Below, in pieces: positions 1-9,950 of a stretch of DNA of 64,000 nt; the stretch's first letter is position 1; every line of letters begins with the position of its first letter. A program made the position numbers and the translations under genes. Source of the DNA: Bacteroidales bacterium. GTDB taxonomy: Bacteria > Bacteroidota > Bacteroidia > Bacteroidales > VadinHA17. A model generated the notes under the pieces. The model searched no databases and had not been told where the DNA came from. It saw only the letters and a list, made by a program, of their open reading frames with translations. Location: the NCBI GenBank assembly GCA_035530535.1, contig DATKUS010000156.1:188-64187 (forward strand). Direction: 5' to 3'.

Positions 1-61
1 TCAACAGCTCCAGCACCATCTGGGCTTTCAACTTTGCACTCTTTCGCTTTTGCTTTACCAT
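1..61 (-). CDS. partial ORF (5' end only, continues past the left edge); possible IS3-family transposase OrfA N-terminus
   Basis: ATG at 61-59 on the minus strand opens a frame with no stop before the edge. The 20 visible aa, MVKQKRKSAKLKAQMVLELL, resemble the basic ..S/AxxKAxxVLELL lead-in of HTH_Tnp_1 (IS3 OrfA) proteins. The fragment is too short for a firm call. Confidence 0.25.
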   Translation of the reverse strand, partial: MVKQKRKSAKLKAQMVLELL

Positions 62-240
62 ACTCGTAAATTTAAGCTTAATTCGTGCTAACATTTAATT
101 GCGGATAAGATAAAAAAGGTTGCATGCCTGTTAAAAAAACAATAATTCACTATTCCGCGGGATAAAAATACATTTAAAATATTCTGCAATATTAATATTT
201 TTTTACATTTATTAACATTTCCCGACTGTTATCAACATTT

Positions 241-1644
241 TCAAAAGCTGCTGCTGCCGTCCCAGCAGTGCGTGCAGAGCCTTTCCTTCGGTAATCCAAT
301 GGCGATAACCAGATCGTCAAGTCGTTGAAAAATAAGTGTATCCATGCCTATGCTTCTGGCAATTTCGTCTACCATCAGCTGGTATTTTTCCGAATCGGGA
401 TCAAGATAATCCTCAATGTTCTTCTCGCTACCCTCCAGCCTGACAATTGCTTTGCGTGCTGCAAGCTCAAGGGTGGAGCGCGACTGTGAAAAGTTTAGGT
501 AATGACAGGGGAAGAGCAGAGGGGGACAGGCTATCCGCATATGCAACATGGCAGCCCCCGCCTCCCGGAGGTCCCTCGTATTGTCTTTCATCTGTGTGCC
601 ACGCACAATACTGTCATCAAGGAAGATAATGATTTTCCCCTCCGTCAGCGCCCTGTTCGGTATCAGTTTCATCCTTGCCACGAGATCGCGCTGTTCCTGA
701 TTCTGTGGCATGAAGCTCCGTGGCCACGTAGGGGTGTATTTTGAAAATGAGCGCTTGTAAGGTATCCCGGTCGCATTTGAATACCCAATTGCGTGACCCA
801 CTCCAGAGTCGGGTACACCGCATACAAAATCTGCCTCCACATTATCACGCCTGGCAAGAGAAGCCCCACAGCGGTATCTAACCTCCTCAACATTAATCCC
901 CTCATATTCCGAAGTGGGAAAACCGTAATAAACCCACAGGAACGCACATATCTGCATCCTCTTTCCGGGGGCCTGAAGCCTTGAGAAGCCGTCGGCGCGA
1001 ATATGCACAATCTCTCCCGGGCCCAGGTTATACTCTGTCTTAAACCCTGTATTGGGAAAAGCGCTGCTCTCCGAGGCAACCGCCCGGGCCCACTCCTTCT
1101 TTCCTATTACAACCGGAGTCCTGCCGTTCTTGTCTCGAGCCGCAATAATACCGTCGGGGGTGAGAACCAGCAAAGAACACGATCCCTGTACGCGATCGAA
1201 CACATTATTAATACCCTCAACAAACGAATCGCCCTCACAGATAAGATTTGCAACCATTTCCGTGGGGTTAATGTTACCCATGAAGTTTTCAGTGAAATGT
1301 TTCTTGCGGGCGAGAAAAAAATCTGCAAGCTCATTTATATTTACTATCCTTGAAACAGTTACCAACGCAAAGGGGCCAAGATGAGAATTAAAAAGTATGG
1401 GCTGCGGATCAGTGTCGCTGATGACTGCCATACCGCTCTTTCCGCGGAACTCAGAGAGCTCTGATTCAAACTTATTCCGGAAATATGCATTTTCAAGATT
1501 GTGAATTCTTCTTCGAAAACCAATCTCCGCATCATAAAACACCATGCCCGCACGTTTAGTACCCAGATGGGAATGATAATCGGCACCGTAAAAAACATCG
1601 TCAACGCATCTCCTGTCTGAAACAGATCCATAAAAACCGCTCAT
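241..1644 (-). CDS. amidophosphoribosyltransferase-like protein (PurF family, atypical N-terminus)
   Basis: Class-II amidotransferase plus PRTase layout, with PRPP loop IIIFLDDSIVRGTQ and VPDSGVGHAIGY. The ORF track starts at TTG 1650, but ATG 1644 (MSGFYG..) is the more likely start. Confidence 0.8.
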   Translation of the reverse strand: MSGFYGSVSDRRCVDDVFYGADYHSHLGTKRAGMVFYDAEIGFRRRIHNLENAYFRNKFESELSEFRGKSGMAVISDTDPQPILFNSHLGPFALVTVSRIVNINELADFFLARKKHFTENFMGNINPTEMVANLICEGDSFVEGINNVFDRVQGSCSLLVLTPDGIIAARDKNGRTPVVIGKKEWARAVASESSAFPNTGFKTEYNLGPGEIVHIRADGFSRLQAPGKRMQICAFLWVYYGFPTSEYEGINVEEVRYRCGASLARRDNVEADFVCGVPDSGVGHAIGYSNATGIPYKRSFSKYTPTWPRSFMPQNQEQRDLVARMKLIPNRALTEGKIIIFLDDSIVRGTQMKDNTRDLREAGAAMLHMRIACPPLLFPCHYLNFSQSRSTLELAARKAIVRLEGSEKNIEDYLDPDSEKYQLMVDEIARSIGMDTLIFQRLDDLVIAIGLPKERLCTHCWDGSSSF

Positions 1645-1735
1645 AAACAATATGTTATAAAGAATTAATAACCCAATGGTCTCGGTCCCAAGTTAATCAA
1701 ACAAGAGATTAAATTGCTGGTCCATAATTATTAAC

Positions 1736-1743
1736 TAATTTTG
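1736..1743 (+). promoter_or_regulatory. Bacteroidota -7 promoter element TAATTTTG
   Basis: Exact match to the TAnnTTTG consensus, 22 nt upstream of ATG 1766. Confidence 0.4.
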
Positions 1744-1765
1744 CACTAATTTAAAAATCACAGAA

Positions 1766-2674
1766 ATGGAAAATAACGAAAAGTATCAAGCTGAATACGT
1801 GGAACATAAAAAAGGTGCTCCGGTAGTCATGATCGTGTCGACAATAATCCTGACACTGGGATTAATTGCTCTTATCGTTCTCTATTATAACCAGAAGAAC
1901 AAGATGGTTGAAATGGAACAGGTGCTGACAGAAGAGAAAGACTCACTGGCAGGAGAGCTTCGCATGATAATGTATGGCTATGACACCCTCAAGACAAGCA
2001 ATGATACCCTTAATGCTCAGCTGCAGCAGGAGCGCGGTAAGATTCAGAAGCTGCTGGAGGTCAGCGCTTCCAACGCTCAGCTTATACGTAAATATAAAGC
2101 AGAAATTACTACTATGCGTGACATTATGAAGAGTTATATTGTTCAGATTGACTCTCTCAATTCGCGCAATAAAGTACTGGTTGCAGAAAACACAGAGATA
2201 AAGCAGCAGATAACAGAAGTGCAGCAGACCAATGTTGAACTCGAAAAAGTTAAAGCGGACCTCTCCTCAAAGGTCACCATTGCATCTGTCATACAGGCCA
2301 AGGACGTAACGGCAGTGGCCCTTAATAAGAAGAGAAAAGAGACCGAGGAGCTAAATCGCCTTGACAAAGTGCGCGTATGCTTTACGCTCCGCGAAAATTC
2401 TATTGCCTCAGCAGGCAATAAAATAGTATATCTCCGCGTGGTTCGTCCTGATCAGCTGGTCATTACAACATCTTCTGAAAACCTCTTCGAAGTAAAAGGC
2501 GAACAGCTTATATTCTCTGCAAACAGAGCCGTGGATTATGCTAACCAGGATGTGGAAATGTGTATTTTCCTTGACAACACAGGCGACTTTATCGCCGGGA
2601 CTTACAGCGTTGGGCTTTACCTCGAGGGAGAACAGATTGGCGCCGGTTCTTATACGCTTAAAGGAAGGAGATAA
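1766..2674 (+). CDS. hypothetical membrane-anchored coiled-coil protein
   Basis: One N-terminal TM helix (VVMIVSTIILTLGLIALIVLYY), then about 150 aa of heptad-like Q/E/K-rich sequence and a beta-rich C-terminus. I recognise no family. Confidence 0.6.
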   Translation: MENNEKYQAEYVEHKKGAPVVMIVSTIILTLGLIALIVLYYNQKNKMVEMEQVLTEEKDSLAGELRMIMYGYDTLKTSNDTLNAQLQQERGKIQKLLEVSASNAQLIRKYKAEITTMRDIMKSYIVQIDSLNSRNKVLVAENTEIKQQITEVQQTNVELEKVKADLSSKVTIASVIQAKDVTAVALNKKRKETEELNRLDKVRVCFTLRENSIASAGNKIVYLRVVRPDQLVITTSSENLFEVKGEQLIFSANRAVDYANQDVEMCIFLDNTGDFIAGTYSVGLYLEGEQIGAGSYTLKGRR

Positions 2675-3805
2675 TCAAAGCTCCATAAGGAGCTCTGCAA
2701 TGATATTATCAGAGATCATCTTACCCTGGTCCGTAAGGATCAGGGTATTTTTATTGCGGTGCATCAGCCCGTAACGGATATATTTTTCGGATAAGTTGAC
2801 AAGATAATCATGAAGCTCCTTGTCATAAAGCTGCTCAATATGTTCCAGGTCAATCCCCCACATGGTACGAATAGAAGTCATCAGGTACTCATTGAACATG
2901 GTGACCCTGTCCAGCTCCTCGCGCTCAAAAGGAACAACGCCGCCCTCAATAGACTGAAGGTAATTTTTCAGGTTTGAGGCATTCCACTGCCGTGACACGG
3001 TGTCGAAGGAATGCGCAGAAGGCCCCAGCCCTATGTAGGGGATCTGCCTCCAGTACGCTGAATTGTGTCTTGAAATATAGCCCTCCCTGGCAAAGTTAGA
3101 GATCTCGTAATGAATGAACCCGTGAGCCCTGCACTCAGACCCAAGCATTGAAAACATGGCTGCACTGGTTTCTTCATCTGTCTCTGATAACCTCCCCTCT
3201 TTTTTCATCTTCCCGAATTTTGTTCCGCCCTCTATTGTCAGATGGTATGCAGACAGGTGCGTTACGGGAAATGAAAATGTTTTTTCAAGATCAGTCTTAA
3301 GGTCTTCTGCCGTCATTCCGGGAACACCGTAAATCAGATCTGCTGATATATTTTTAAATCCTGCCCTGAATGCTTCCTCCAGCGCAGTTGCAGACTGTTT
3401 TGCTGTATGCCTGCGTCCCAGGTATTTTAGCCGGGCATCGCTCCACGACTGTACGCCTAAACTGAGCCTGTTAATGCCTGCTGCTAACAACTCGCCAGAA
3501 TATTGAGCCGTAATGTCATCCGGATTGGCTTCCAGGGTGATTTCGGGGTCATGGGAAAGGTTGTAGCGCGCCGAAAGCGCCGAAAGGATCTTCCTGATGT
3601 CCACAACAGCCAAAAGAGAAGGTGTGCCCCCTCCGAAATATATAGTCTCAACGGTCTCTCCCTCAAGATATCCCGACCGAAGAGCTGATTCGGCAATTAT
3701 CGCCTCTACAAACCTTCCGGTCTTATCGGTGTCCGTAACACTGTAAAAATCACAGTACGAACAGAAGCTTTTACAGAAGGGTATATGAAGATAAATTCCT
3801 GCCAT
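2675..3805 (-). CDS. hemW: radical SAM heme chaperone HemW (HemN-like, oxygen-independent coproporphyrinogen oxidase family)
   Basis: N-terminal YLHIPFCKSFCSYCDF radical-SAM CxxxCxxC motif, GGGTPS motif, and a length of 376 aa. Confidence 0.85.
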   Translation of the reverse strand: MAGIYLHIPFCKSFCSYCDFYSVTDTDKTGRFVEAIIAESALRSGYLEGETVETIYFGGGTPSLLAVVDIRKILSALSARYNLSHDPEITLEANPDDITAQYSGELLAAGINRLSLGVQSWSDARLKYLGRRHTAKQSATALEEAFRAGFKNISADLIYGVPGMTAEDLKTDLEKTFSFPVTHLSAYHLTIEGGTKFGKMKKEGRLSETDEETSAAMFSMLGSECRAHGFIHYEISNFAREGYISRHNSAYWRQIPYIGLGPSAHSFDTVSRQWNASNLKNYLQSIEGGVVPFEREELDRVTMFNEYLMTSIRTMWGIDLEHIEQLYDKELHDYLVNLSEKYIRYGLMHRNKNTLILTDQGKMISDNIIAELLMEL

Positions 3806-3878
3806 GGGAAAATCAATTTTCTAAATTTACAAAAGTTTCGGCATTAGTTTATTATTTTCGCCCCTTCAACGGCAAAGT

Positions 3879-4265
3879 ATGGTATCTCTCTTTATAAAAA
3901 GATATTACAGAAGTATTATCATCGGATTACTGATAGTCTGGCTGAGCCTGTCGGGGGGCCAATCGCTGGTGCCCGGCGATTTTCTGAAAATACCCTATGT
4001 TGACAAGATTGGCCACTTCATCATGTATTCACTTTTCTCCGGAATTTTGTTGCTTGACTCTTGCCTGTGGCAGAGCAGCGGGACTGTCCGTTATGTCGTG
4101 CTTGTCTTCCCCGTGGTCTTCGGTGCCCTCATGGAAGTGCTTCAGTATTTGCTTACAAACTCAAGGAAGGCTGAAGCTCTCGACCTGGCAGCAGATATCC
4201 TTGGCGTTGGTGCCGGCGTTGTAAGTGCGCTTGCAGTCAGGCGGATCCTGAAAGAAATCAGATAA
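3879..4265 (+). CDS. VanZ-like family membrane protein
   Basis: 128 aa with four predicted TM helices and a DKIGHFIMY motif typical of VanZ-like proteins. Confidence 0.55.
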   Translation: MVSLFIKRYYRSIIIGLLIVWLSLSGGQSLVPGDFLKIPYVDKIGHFIMYSLFSGILLLDSCLWQSSGTVRYVVLVFPVVFGALMEVLQYLLTNSRKAEALDLAADILGVGAGVVSALAVRRILKEIR

Positions 4266-4698
4266 TCAGATTATTGTTTTTGTGTACCAGCTTCACCAGA
4301 CTGTCAACTGTCCTGCCGGTGAAAAACTGCGTCAGCCGTTCTTTTTCCTTACGAAGATCATTGTGTAGCAGACACAATCCTTTGTCCGGTTCGCCGAAGT
4401 TACATTTCTCTCCTGTAATATAGCACCTGTCAAAAAAATCTGCCCCGTCAATTGCCCTGACAATATCCATAAGGGTAAGGTTTTTCGCCGGAACAAGAAG
4501 AGAAAAGCCGCCATGGGGGCCTTTTGATGAATCCAGTATCTTTCTCTTCGACAGGATTTGCAGTATTTTGGCAAGGTAGGGAACCGGTATTTTAAGCTCA
4601 TCACCTATTTGCTTCAGCCCTACCTTTACGGAGCCCTCCTGCTTTGAGGCAATGAAAATTACCGCGCGAATGCCATATTTACAGGAGTTTGAAAGCAT
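4258..4698 (-). CDS. Rrf2 family transcriptional regulator
   Basis: N-terminal winged HTH (SCKYGIRAVIFIA..) and three spaced Cys (CYITGEKCNFGEPDKGLC), as in Fe-S-binding Rrf2/IscR-type regulators. Confidence 0.8.
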   Translation of the reverse strand: MLSNSCKYGIRAVIFIASKQEGSVKVGLKQIGDELKIPVPYLAKILQILSKRKILDSSKGPHGGFSLLVPAKNLTLMDIVRAIDGADFFDRCYITGEKCNFGEPDKGLCLLHNDLRKEKERLTQFFTGRTVDSLVKLVHKNNNLII

Positions 4699-4699
4699 C

Positions 4700-5140
4700 T
4701 CAATCAGACCTCAGGGGTATCTTGTCTATACGCCGCTTATGACGCCCTCCGTCAAATGAGCCTGTGAGAAATGTTTTTACAACAACAATGGCTTCGGCTT
4801 CTGTCATAAATCTTCCGGGCAATGCACATACATTTGCGTCATTGTGAGTCCTTGCAAGACGACTTATCTCCTCATTCCAGCAAACAGCGGACCTTATTCC
4901 CTGATGCTTGTTGGACGTCATATTAATACCATTACCCGAGCCGCATATCGTTATGCCAAACCTGTACTCTCCCCTTTCAATCGCCTCGCAAAGAGGATGG
5001 GCAAAGTCAGGATAATCAACACTTTCCTCAGAAAAACAACCAATATCCTTTACTTCATACCTGTTGGATATAAGCCATCTGACAACCTTCTCTTTAAGGC
5101 GAAATCCGGCATGATCTGCAGTAATTATTACTTTTTCCAA
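4700..5140 (-). CDS. rpiB: ribose-5-phosphate isomerase B
   Basis: 146 aa with DHAGFRLK and ICGSGNGI motifs typical of RpiB/LacAB. It lies 1 nt upstream of the Rrf2 gene, so the two are probably an operon. Confidence 0.85.
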   Translation of the reverse strand: MEKVIITADHAGFRLKEKVVRWLISNRYEVKDIGCFSEESVDYPDFAHPLCEAIERGEYRFGITICGSGNGINMTSNKHQGIRSAVCWNEEISRLARTHNDANVCALPGRFMTEAEAIVVVKTFLTGSFDGGRHKRRIDKIPLRSD

Positions 5141-5587
5141 AACTTTACAATATTTTTATGCAAATATAGCCCGACTATTATTAATAGAAAAGAAAACATT
5201 CATGTCCTTTTTTGTTCATAACATGTAACGAGCCCGGTCGAAGTTTGTTCATTTCTTTTAATAAAGTGAGACTTTTGATTACCTGTTATAATAATTTTCC
5301 GTCAAAATCTTTTTTTAATGAGTTTAAAAGAGTTTTTCAACCGGGACTGAACATTAAAATGGTCTACATTTGTCTTCTTTTCTGTGTTAACAAAACTGTA
5401 TAAACAGTTGTTAATTTATTTCATAAGGTGTTCTGTCACTGAAAAGGTATGTTTTTTGATATGTTTAAAAGTTGTTTTTAATCTTTTAATACTCTTTTCT
5501 GCAAGTGAAAAAATAAAATTATTTGAACACAATTAACAGGATATAATAAGCATCATAATTATAAATTTCAATTTAAATGTAAGTAGT

Positions 5588-6583
5588 ATGCTTGTTGATA
5601 AAAACATAAAAAAAACTGATTTTTATGCTGTCAAAGGTAATGTAAACAATGAGCTTACAGATAATATAAATAAGCTCAGGAAGGAAAAAAATGCCGTAAT
5701 ACTGGCGCATTACTATCAGATTCCGGAAATACAGGATATAGCTGATTTTATTGGAGACAGCCTGGCACTTTCCCAACAGGCAGCTGTAACAAAAGCTGAT
5801 ATAATTATTTTTGCAGGAGTCAGTTTTATGGCTGAAACAGCAAAAATACTTTCTCCCAGCAAAAAGGTAATTATACCAGATATTATGGCAGGATGTTCTC
5901 TTGCTGATTCATGTAAAAAAGAAGACTTTGAAAAATTTATAATTAATAATCCAGGCAGGACAGTAATAACTTATGTGAATACTACTGCTGACATTAAAGC
6001 TCTCAGTGATATTGCATGTACATCATCAAATGCAAAACAGATTGTGGAATCTCTTCCCGAAAATGAAAAAATAATATTCGGCCCGGATCGTAATCTTGGC
6101 AATTATATTAAGAGTCTGACAGGAAGGGATATTCTTGTATGGAATGGTGCATGTCATGTACATGAAGAGTTTTCTATAGAGGCAATAATTAAGATTAAAA
6201 AGGAAAATCCAGGATCAAAAATCATTGTTCACCCTGAATGCGAAATGCCGGTAAGAATTGTTGCAGATTATATAGGATCAACATCTGGACTTCTTTCTTT
6301 CATAAGCAAAGACAGTGGAAGCAAATATATTGTGGCAACTGAACCTGGAATAATTTATCAGATGCAAAAGGCAGAACCGGATAAAATATTTATACCTGCT
6401 CCTCCTAAAGATTCAACATGCGGTTGCAGTGAATGTAATTTCATGAAGCTTATTACACTTGAAAAGATATATAAATCACTTAAATTTGAAGAGCCGGAAA
6501 TAAAAGTGGATCCGGCAATTATTGAAAGGGCAGCAGTTCCCATCAGACGTATGCTTGAAATATCTGCTAAACTGGGCTTATAG
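5588..6583 (+). CDS. nadA: quinolinate synthase
   Basis: ILAHYYQ..EIQDIADFIGDSL, FMAETAKIL and HPEC motifs, and a length of 331 aa. Confidence 0.9.
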   Translation: MLVDKNIKKTDFYAVKGNVNNELTDNINKLRKEKNAVILAHYYQIPEIQDIADFIGDSLALSQQAAVTKADIIIFAGVSFMAETAKILSPSKKVIIPDIMAGCSLADSCKKEDFEKFIINNPGRTVITYVNTTADIKALSDIACTSSNAKQIVESLPENEKIIFGPDRNLGNYIKSLTGRDILVWNGACHVHEEFSIEAIIKIKKENPGSKIIVHPECEMPVRIVADYIGSTSGLLSFISKDSGSKYIVATEPGIIYQMQKAEPDKIFIPAPPKDSTCGCSECNFMKLITLEKIYKSLKFEEPEIKVDPAIIERAAVPIRRMLEISAKLGL

Positions 6584-6584
6584 A

Positions 6585-8135
6585 ATGAGAAAAGGAATTC
6601 TGTTTTTACTGGTAATCATTCCAACAATCCTCTCTGCACAAAAACCTGAAGAGATAAAAGACGGGTTTCAGCAGTTCAGATATCCTAACGGCAATATTTC
6701 AAGTGAAGGTTATATAAGAAATGGAAAGCCTGACGGATACTGGAAAAGCTTTTATATAACGGGCGTTCTGAAGTCTGAAGGTAAAAGACGCAGCTATCTT
6801 CTTGACAGTATATGGGCCTTCTTTGATCAGGCAGGCGATACAACGGAAAAAATAAGCTATCTTCTAGGTAAAAGGAACGGATACTATATTAAGTATCAGA
6901 AGGATCCTGTAGTTGGTTTATTTATTTACTCGAAAGAATTATTTGCGGGAGACAAAAAAGAAGGCGTTGCACAGATATTTTATCCTGAAGGAAAAATAAG
7001 GCAGACGATTCCTTATTATAACGGACACAAGGACGGTCTGTCGCGTGAATATGACCGTGAGAGTAAGATCATCACCCTGCTGGAATACAACAACGATTTT
7101 CTTATAAGCCGGGAGAAAATAAACTTTACTGACGCCGCAGGACTGAAACAAGGAGAATGGCTTGAGTTTTATCAGGGAGGAAATATCCGGGCTGAAAAGA
7201 ACTATCGCAACGACCAGCTTCACGGTTATTATAAGGAGTACGATGAAAAAGGAAAGCTTCTTGTAACACTTTTGTACGAAGATGGAAAGGTAACCGGAAC
7301 GGACATTGATACAGGATCCGATATAGAGATTGTCAATAAGTATGACGATAACGGAAGGCTTACTTTTTCCGGACCTTTTAAGATGGGTGTTCCGGTGGGC
7401 ATACACCGCGAATACAACGAGAATGGAACAATAAAGGGATCAAGGATTTACAATGATAACGGGCTTCTGATTTCTGAGGGGATTGTCGATGAGACAGGCA
7501 ACCGTAATGGGGCATGGAAAGACTTTTCTTCCGAAGGTGTTGTGATGGCAGAAGGAGCGTATGCAGACAGCCGGCGAACAGGTACCTGGAAGTTTTACTC
7601 ATCGTCAGGCAAGATGGAGCAGGCAGGATCGTACAGCAACGGCCGTATTGACGGAACATGGCGCTGGTACTATCCCGAAGGGGAGCTGCTCCGCGAAGAA
7701 GACTACTCCCAGGGGCGCAGAGACGGGCGTTATACTGAATATACTCGTGAAGGTGAGATAATTGCACAGGGAACATATGCTGACGGGGAAAGGAATGGTG
7801 AATGGATGCTCCGGTCAGGTGATAATATTGAAACAGGCACATACCTTCTCGGATTACGCGACGGACCCTGGAAGGCCTATTATTTAAACGGTAAATTGAG
7901 ATTCAGGGGCAGCTATAACCAGGGCAACCCCACGGGCCATCATATACTTTATTATGAGAATGGCAGAATAAAGGAGGACCGGTATTATCAAAACGGGTTG
8001 CGTTCAAAAACATGGAAGAAATATAATGAAGAAGGAGAAGTGGTTCTGACAATCACCTATCACGATGATATAGAAACCAATATAAACGGGGTGAGCATCA
8101 AGCTGCCCGAGAGCGATGTTAAGCTCATTAAATGA
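6585..8135 (+). CDS. secreted MORN-variant repeat protein (YwqK-like)
   Basis: About 20 copies of the G.W..YY.NG motif. The signal peptide [19 protein letters not shown] begins at ATG 6585, 1 nt after the nadA stop; the 5' extension in the ORF track overlaps nadA. Confidence 0.7.
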   Translation: MRKGILFLLVIIPTILSAQKPEEIKDGFQQFRYPNGNISSEGYIRNGKPDGYWKSFYITGVLKSEGKRRSYLLDSIWAFFDQAGDTTEKISYLLGKRNGYYIKYQKDPVVGLFIYSKELFAGDKKEGVAQIFYPEGKIRQTIPYYNGHKDGLSREYDRESKIITLLEYNNDFLISREKINFTDAAGLKQGEWLEFYQGGNIRAEKNYRNDQLHGYYKEYDEKGKLLVTLLYEDGKVTGTDIDTGSDIEIVNKYDDNGRLTFSGPFKMGVPVGIHREYNENGTIKGSRIYNDNGLLISEGIVDETGNRNGAWKDFSSEGVVMAEGAYADSRRTGTWKFYSSSGKMEQAGSYSNGRIDGTWRWYYPEGELLREEDYSQGRRDGRYTEYTREGEIIAQGTYADGERNGEWMLRSGDNIETGTYLLGLRDGPWKAYYLNGKLRFRGSYNQGNPTGHHILYYENGRIKEDRYYQNGLRSKTWKKYNEEGEVVLTITYHDDIETNINGVSIKLPESDVKLIK

Positions 8136-8142
8136 TCTTACG

Positions 8143-9162
8143 ATGAGCGAAAAATTTAACGTCAGAAACGAAGTGACTTTTACCGGCGATGCTGAAGTTG
8201 AAAAACAATTAAGGCCGCTTTCCTTCATTGACTTTAAAGGTCAGAAGCGTATCACTGACAATCTAAGCGTGTTTGTAACTGCTGCCAGACAGCGCGGAGA
8301 GGCCCTCGACCATGTACTCCTTCATGGGCCTCCCGGCCTCGGAAAAACAACGCTGGCCACAATTATATCAAATGAACTTAATGTAAAACTTAAGGTGACA
8401 TCCGGCCCTGTGCTTGACAAACCGGGTGACCTGGCAGGCCTTCTTACAAGTCTTGACGAGGGAGACGTCCTGTTCATTGATGAGATACACAGGCTAAGCC
8501 CGGTGGTTGAAGAGTACCTCTATTCAGCCATGGAGGACTATCAGATTGACATAATGATTGACAAGGGTCCGGGAGCACGGTCAGTGCAGCTGAAACTGAG
8601 CCCCTTCACCCTTATCGGTGCAACTACACGGTCAGGATTGCTGACAAGCCCCCTGCGTGCCAGGTTCGGGATAAAATTCCACCTTGAATATTATGATACG
8701 CCGGTGCTTAAGGGCATCGTGAAAAGATCAGCTGACATTCTCAATATTGCTATTGATGAAAAAGCCGCCCATGAAATAGCATCGCGAAGCCGTGGAACAC
8801 CCAGGATAGCCAATGCTCTTCTGAGAAGGGTCCGCGACTTTGCACAGGTAAAGGGCACCGGATCAATAGACGTGGAGATAACACGTTATAGCCTGGAGGC
8901 GCTAAATATTGACAAACATGGTCTTGATGAGATGGACAACAGGATCCTGAGGACTATCATTGAGAAGTTCAAGGGAGGACCTGTCGGGGTTAACAATATT
9001 TCAACAGCAGTTGGCGAGGAGAGCGGCACCATAGAAGAGGTATATGAGCCATTCCTTATTAAGGAGGGTTATATTAAACGTACTCCGCGTGGACGGGAGG
9101 CTACCGAAATTGCCTATAAACACCTTGGAATTGTTCCGGGTACAGGAAATACCCTTTTCTGA
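8143..9162 (+). CDS. ruvB: Holliday junction branch migration DNA helicase RuvB
   Basis: LRP..F.DF.GQ, Walker [16 protein letters not shown] and [17 protein letters not shown] motifs. Confidence 0.95.
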   Translation: MSEKFNVRNEVTFTGDAEVEKQLRPLSFIDFKGQKRITDNLSVFVTAARQRGEALDHVLLHGPPGLGKTTLATIISNELNVKLKVTSGPVLDKPGDLAGLLTSLDEGDVLFIDEIHRLSPVVEEYLYSAMEDYQIDIMIDKGPGARSVQLKLSPFTLIGATTRSGLLTSPLRARFGIKFHLEYYDTPVLKGIVKRSADILNIAIDEKAAHEIASRSRGTPRIANALLRRVRDFAQVKGTGSIDVEITRYSLEALNIDKHGLDEMDNRILRTIIEKFKGGPVGVNNISTAVGEESGTIEEVYEPFLIKEGYIKRTPRGREATEIAYKHLGIVPGTGNTLF

Positions 9163-9167
9163 TTCTG

Positions 9168-9878
9168 TCAGCTGATGACATTGCTGATCTTTTCAAGCCC
9201 CTTGAAATCAAGGACCCGGATCTTGCGCCCGGAGAGCTCTATAAGATTATCGCTTTTAAATTCTGAAAGAAGCCTTATCACTGACTCTGTGGCTGTGCCA
9301 ACAATATTTGCCAGTTCTTCTCGCGTCAGGGTGATCCTGAGATACTTCTGATCATCCAACCCAAAATCAATTATCAGCTGGACAAGCACCTCTGCAACAC
9401 GCTCCCTGACAGTCTTTTGGGCAATATCAGTAATATATGAATTAGCCTCTTCCAGCTCGTGACACGTGAGCTTAAGCATCTCGAACGAAAACGCCGGATT
9501 GGTTTTTACAAACTGTATCAGAAGCTCTGAGGGAATAAAACATACCTGGCAGTCCTCTATCACTTTTGCAGACGTACATGCCGCTTCATTACTGAGCACA
9601 GATCTGTATGCTATGATCTCCCCTTTCCTCGCGAACCTTAATATCTGTTCCTTTCCGTCTACCCCTGTTTTAAAGACTTTAATAATACCTGAATTTATAC
9701 AAAAGAATCCGCTGATCCTTTTTCCTTCATGGTACAGAACATCACCTCTCTTGTAGTGCCGGCAATCTTTCTCAAAATTCAGACGGTCAGTCTGGTCCCT
9801 CGTCAGAAAACGGAAAACGGAACAGGTCTCAAATGCACATTTGTCACAAAATGATATAGCATAATCATGCTGTTTCAT
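9168..9878 (-). CDS. Crp/Fnr family transcriptional regulator (N-terminal Cys cluster)
   Basis: cNMP-binding-like beta-roll plus a C-terminal HTH (REELANIVGTATESVIRLLSEF). The N-terminus carries CDKCAFETC. Confidence 0.8.
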   Translation of the reverse strand: MKQHDYAISFCDKCAFETCSVFRFLTRDQTDRLNFEKDCRHYKRGDVLYHEGKRISGFFCINSGIIKVFKTGVDGKEQILRFARKGEIIAYRSVLSNEAACTSAKVIEDCQVCFIPSELLIQFVKTNPAFSFEMLKLTCHELEEANSYITDIAQKTVRERVAEVLVQLIIDFGLDDQKYLRITLTREELANIVGTATESVIRLLSEFKSDNLIELSGRKIRVLDFKGLEKISNVIS

Positions 9879-9950
9879 AGAGATTTAATTAAGTTCACAA
9901 AGATTGCAAATAGAGTTGAATATATATCTTAATAAATCAAAATTTTAAAG

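Noticed and set aside
1791-1806. parS half-site CTGAATACGTGGAACA inside the coiled-coil gene
   Set aside because: Only the right half (ACGTGGAACA) matches, giving 10/16 overall. The left half is unrelated and the site is 14 kb from the other sites. This level of match is plausible by chance.
5141-5587. Possible NAD+ (nadA-motif) riboswitch or structured RNA upstream of nadA, including the complementary segments CCCGGTCGAA (5233-5242) / TTCAACCGGG (5336-5345) and TGTTCA / TGAACA
   Set aside because: I cannot match the region to the nadA-motif consensus from memory. The complementary blocks are short (9/10 and 6/6), about 100 nt apart, in a crossing order, and in AT-rich DNA where such matches are common. 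A covariance-model search (Rfam) is needed.
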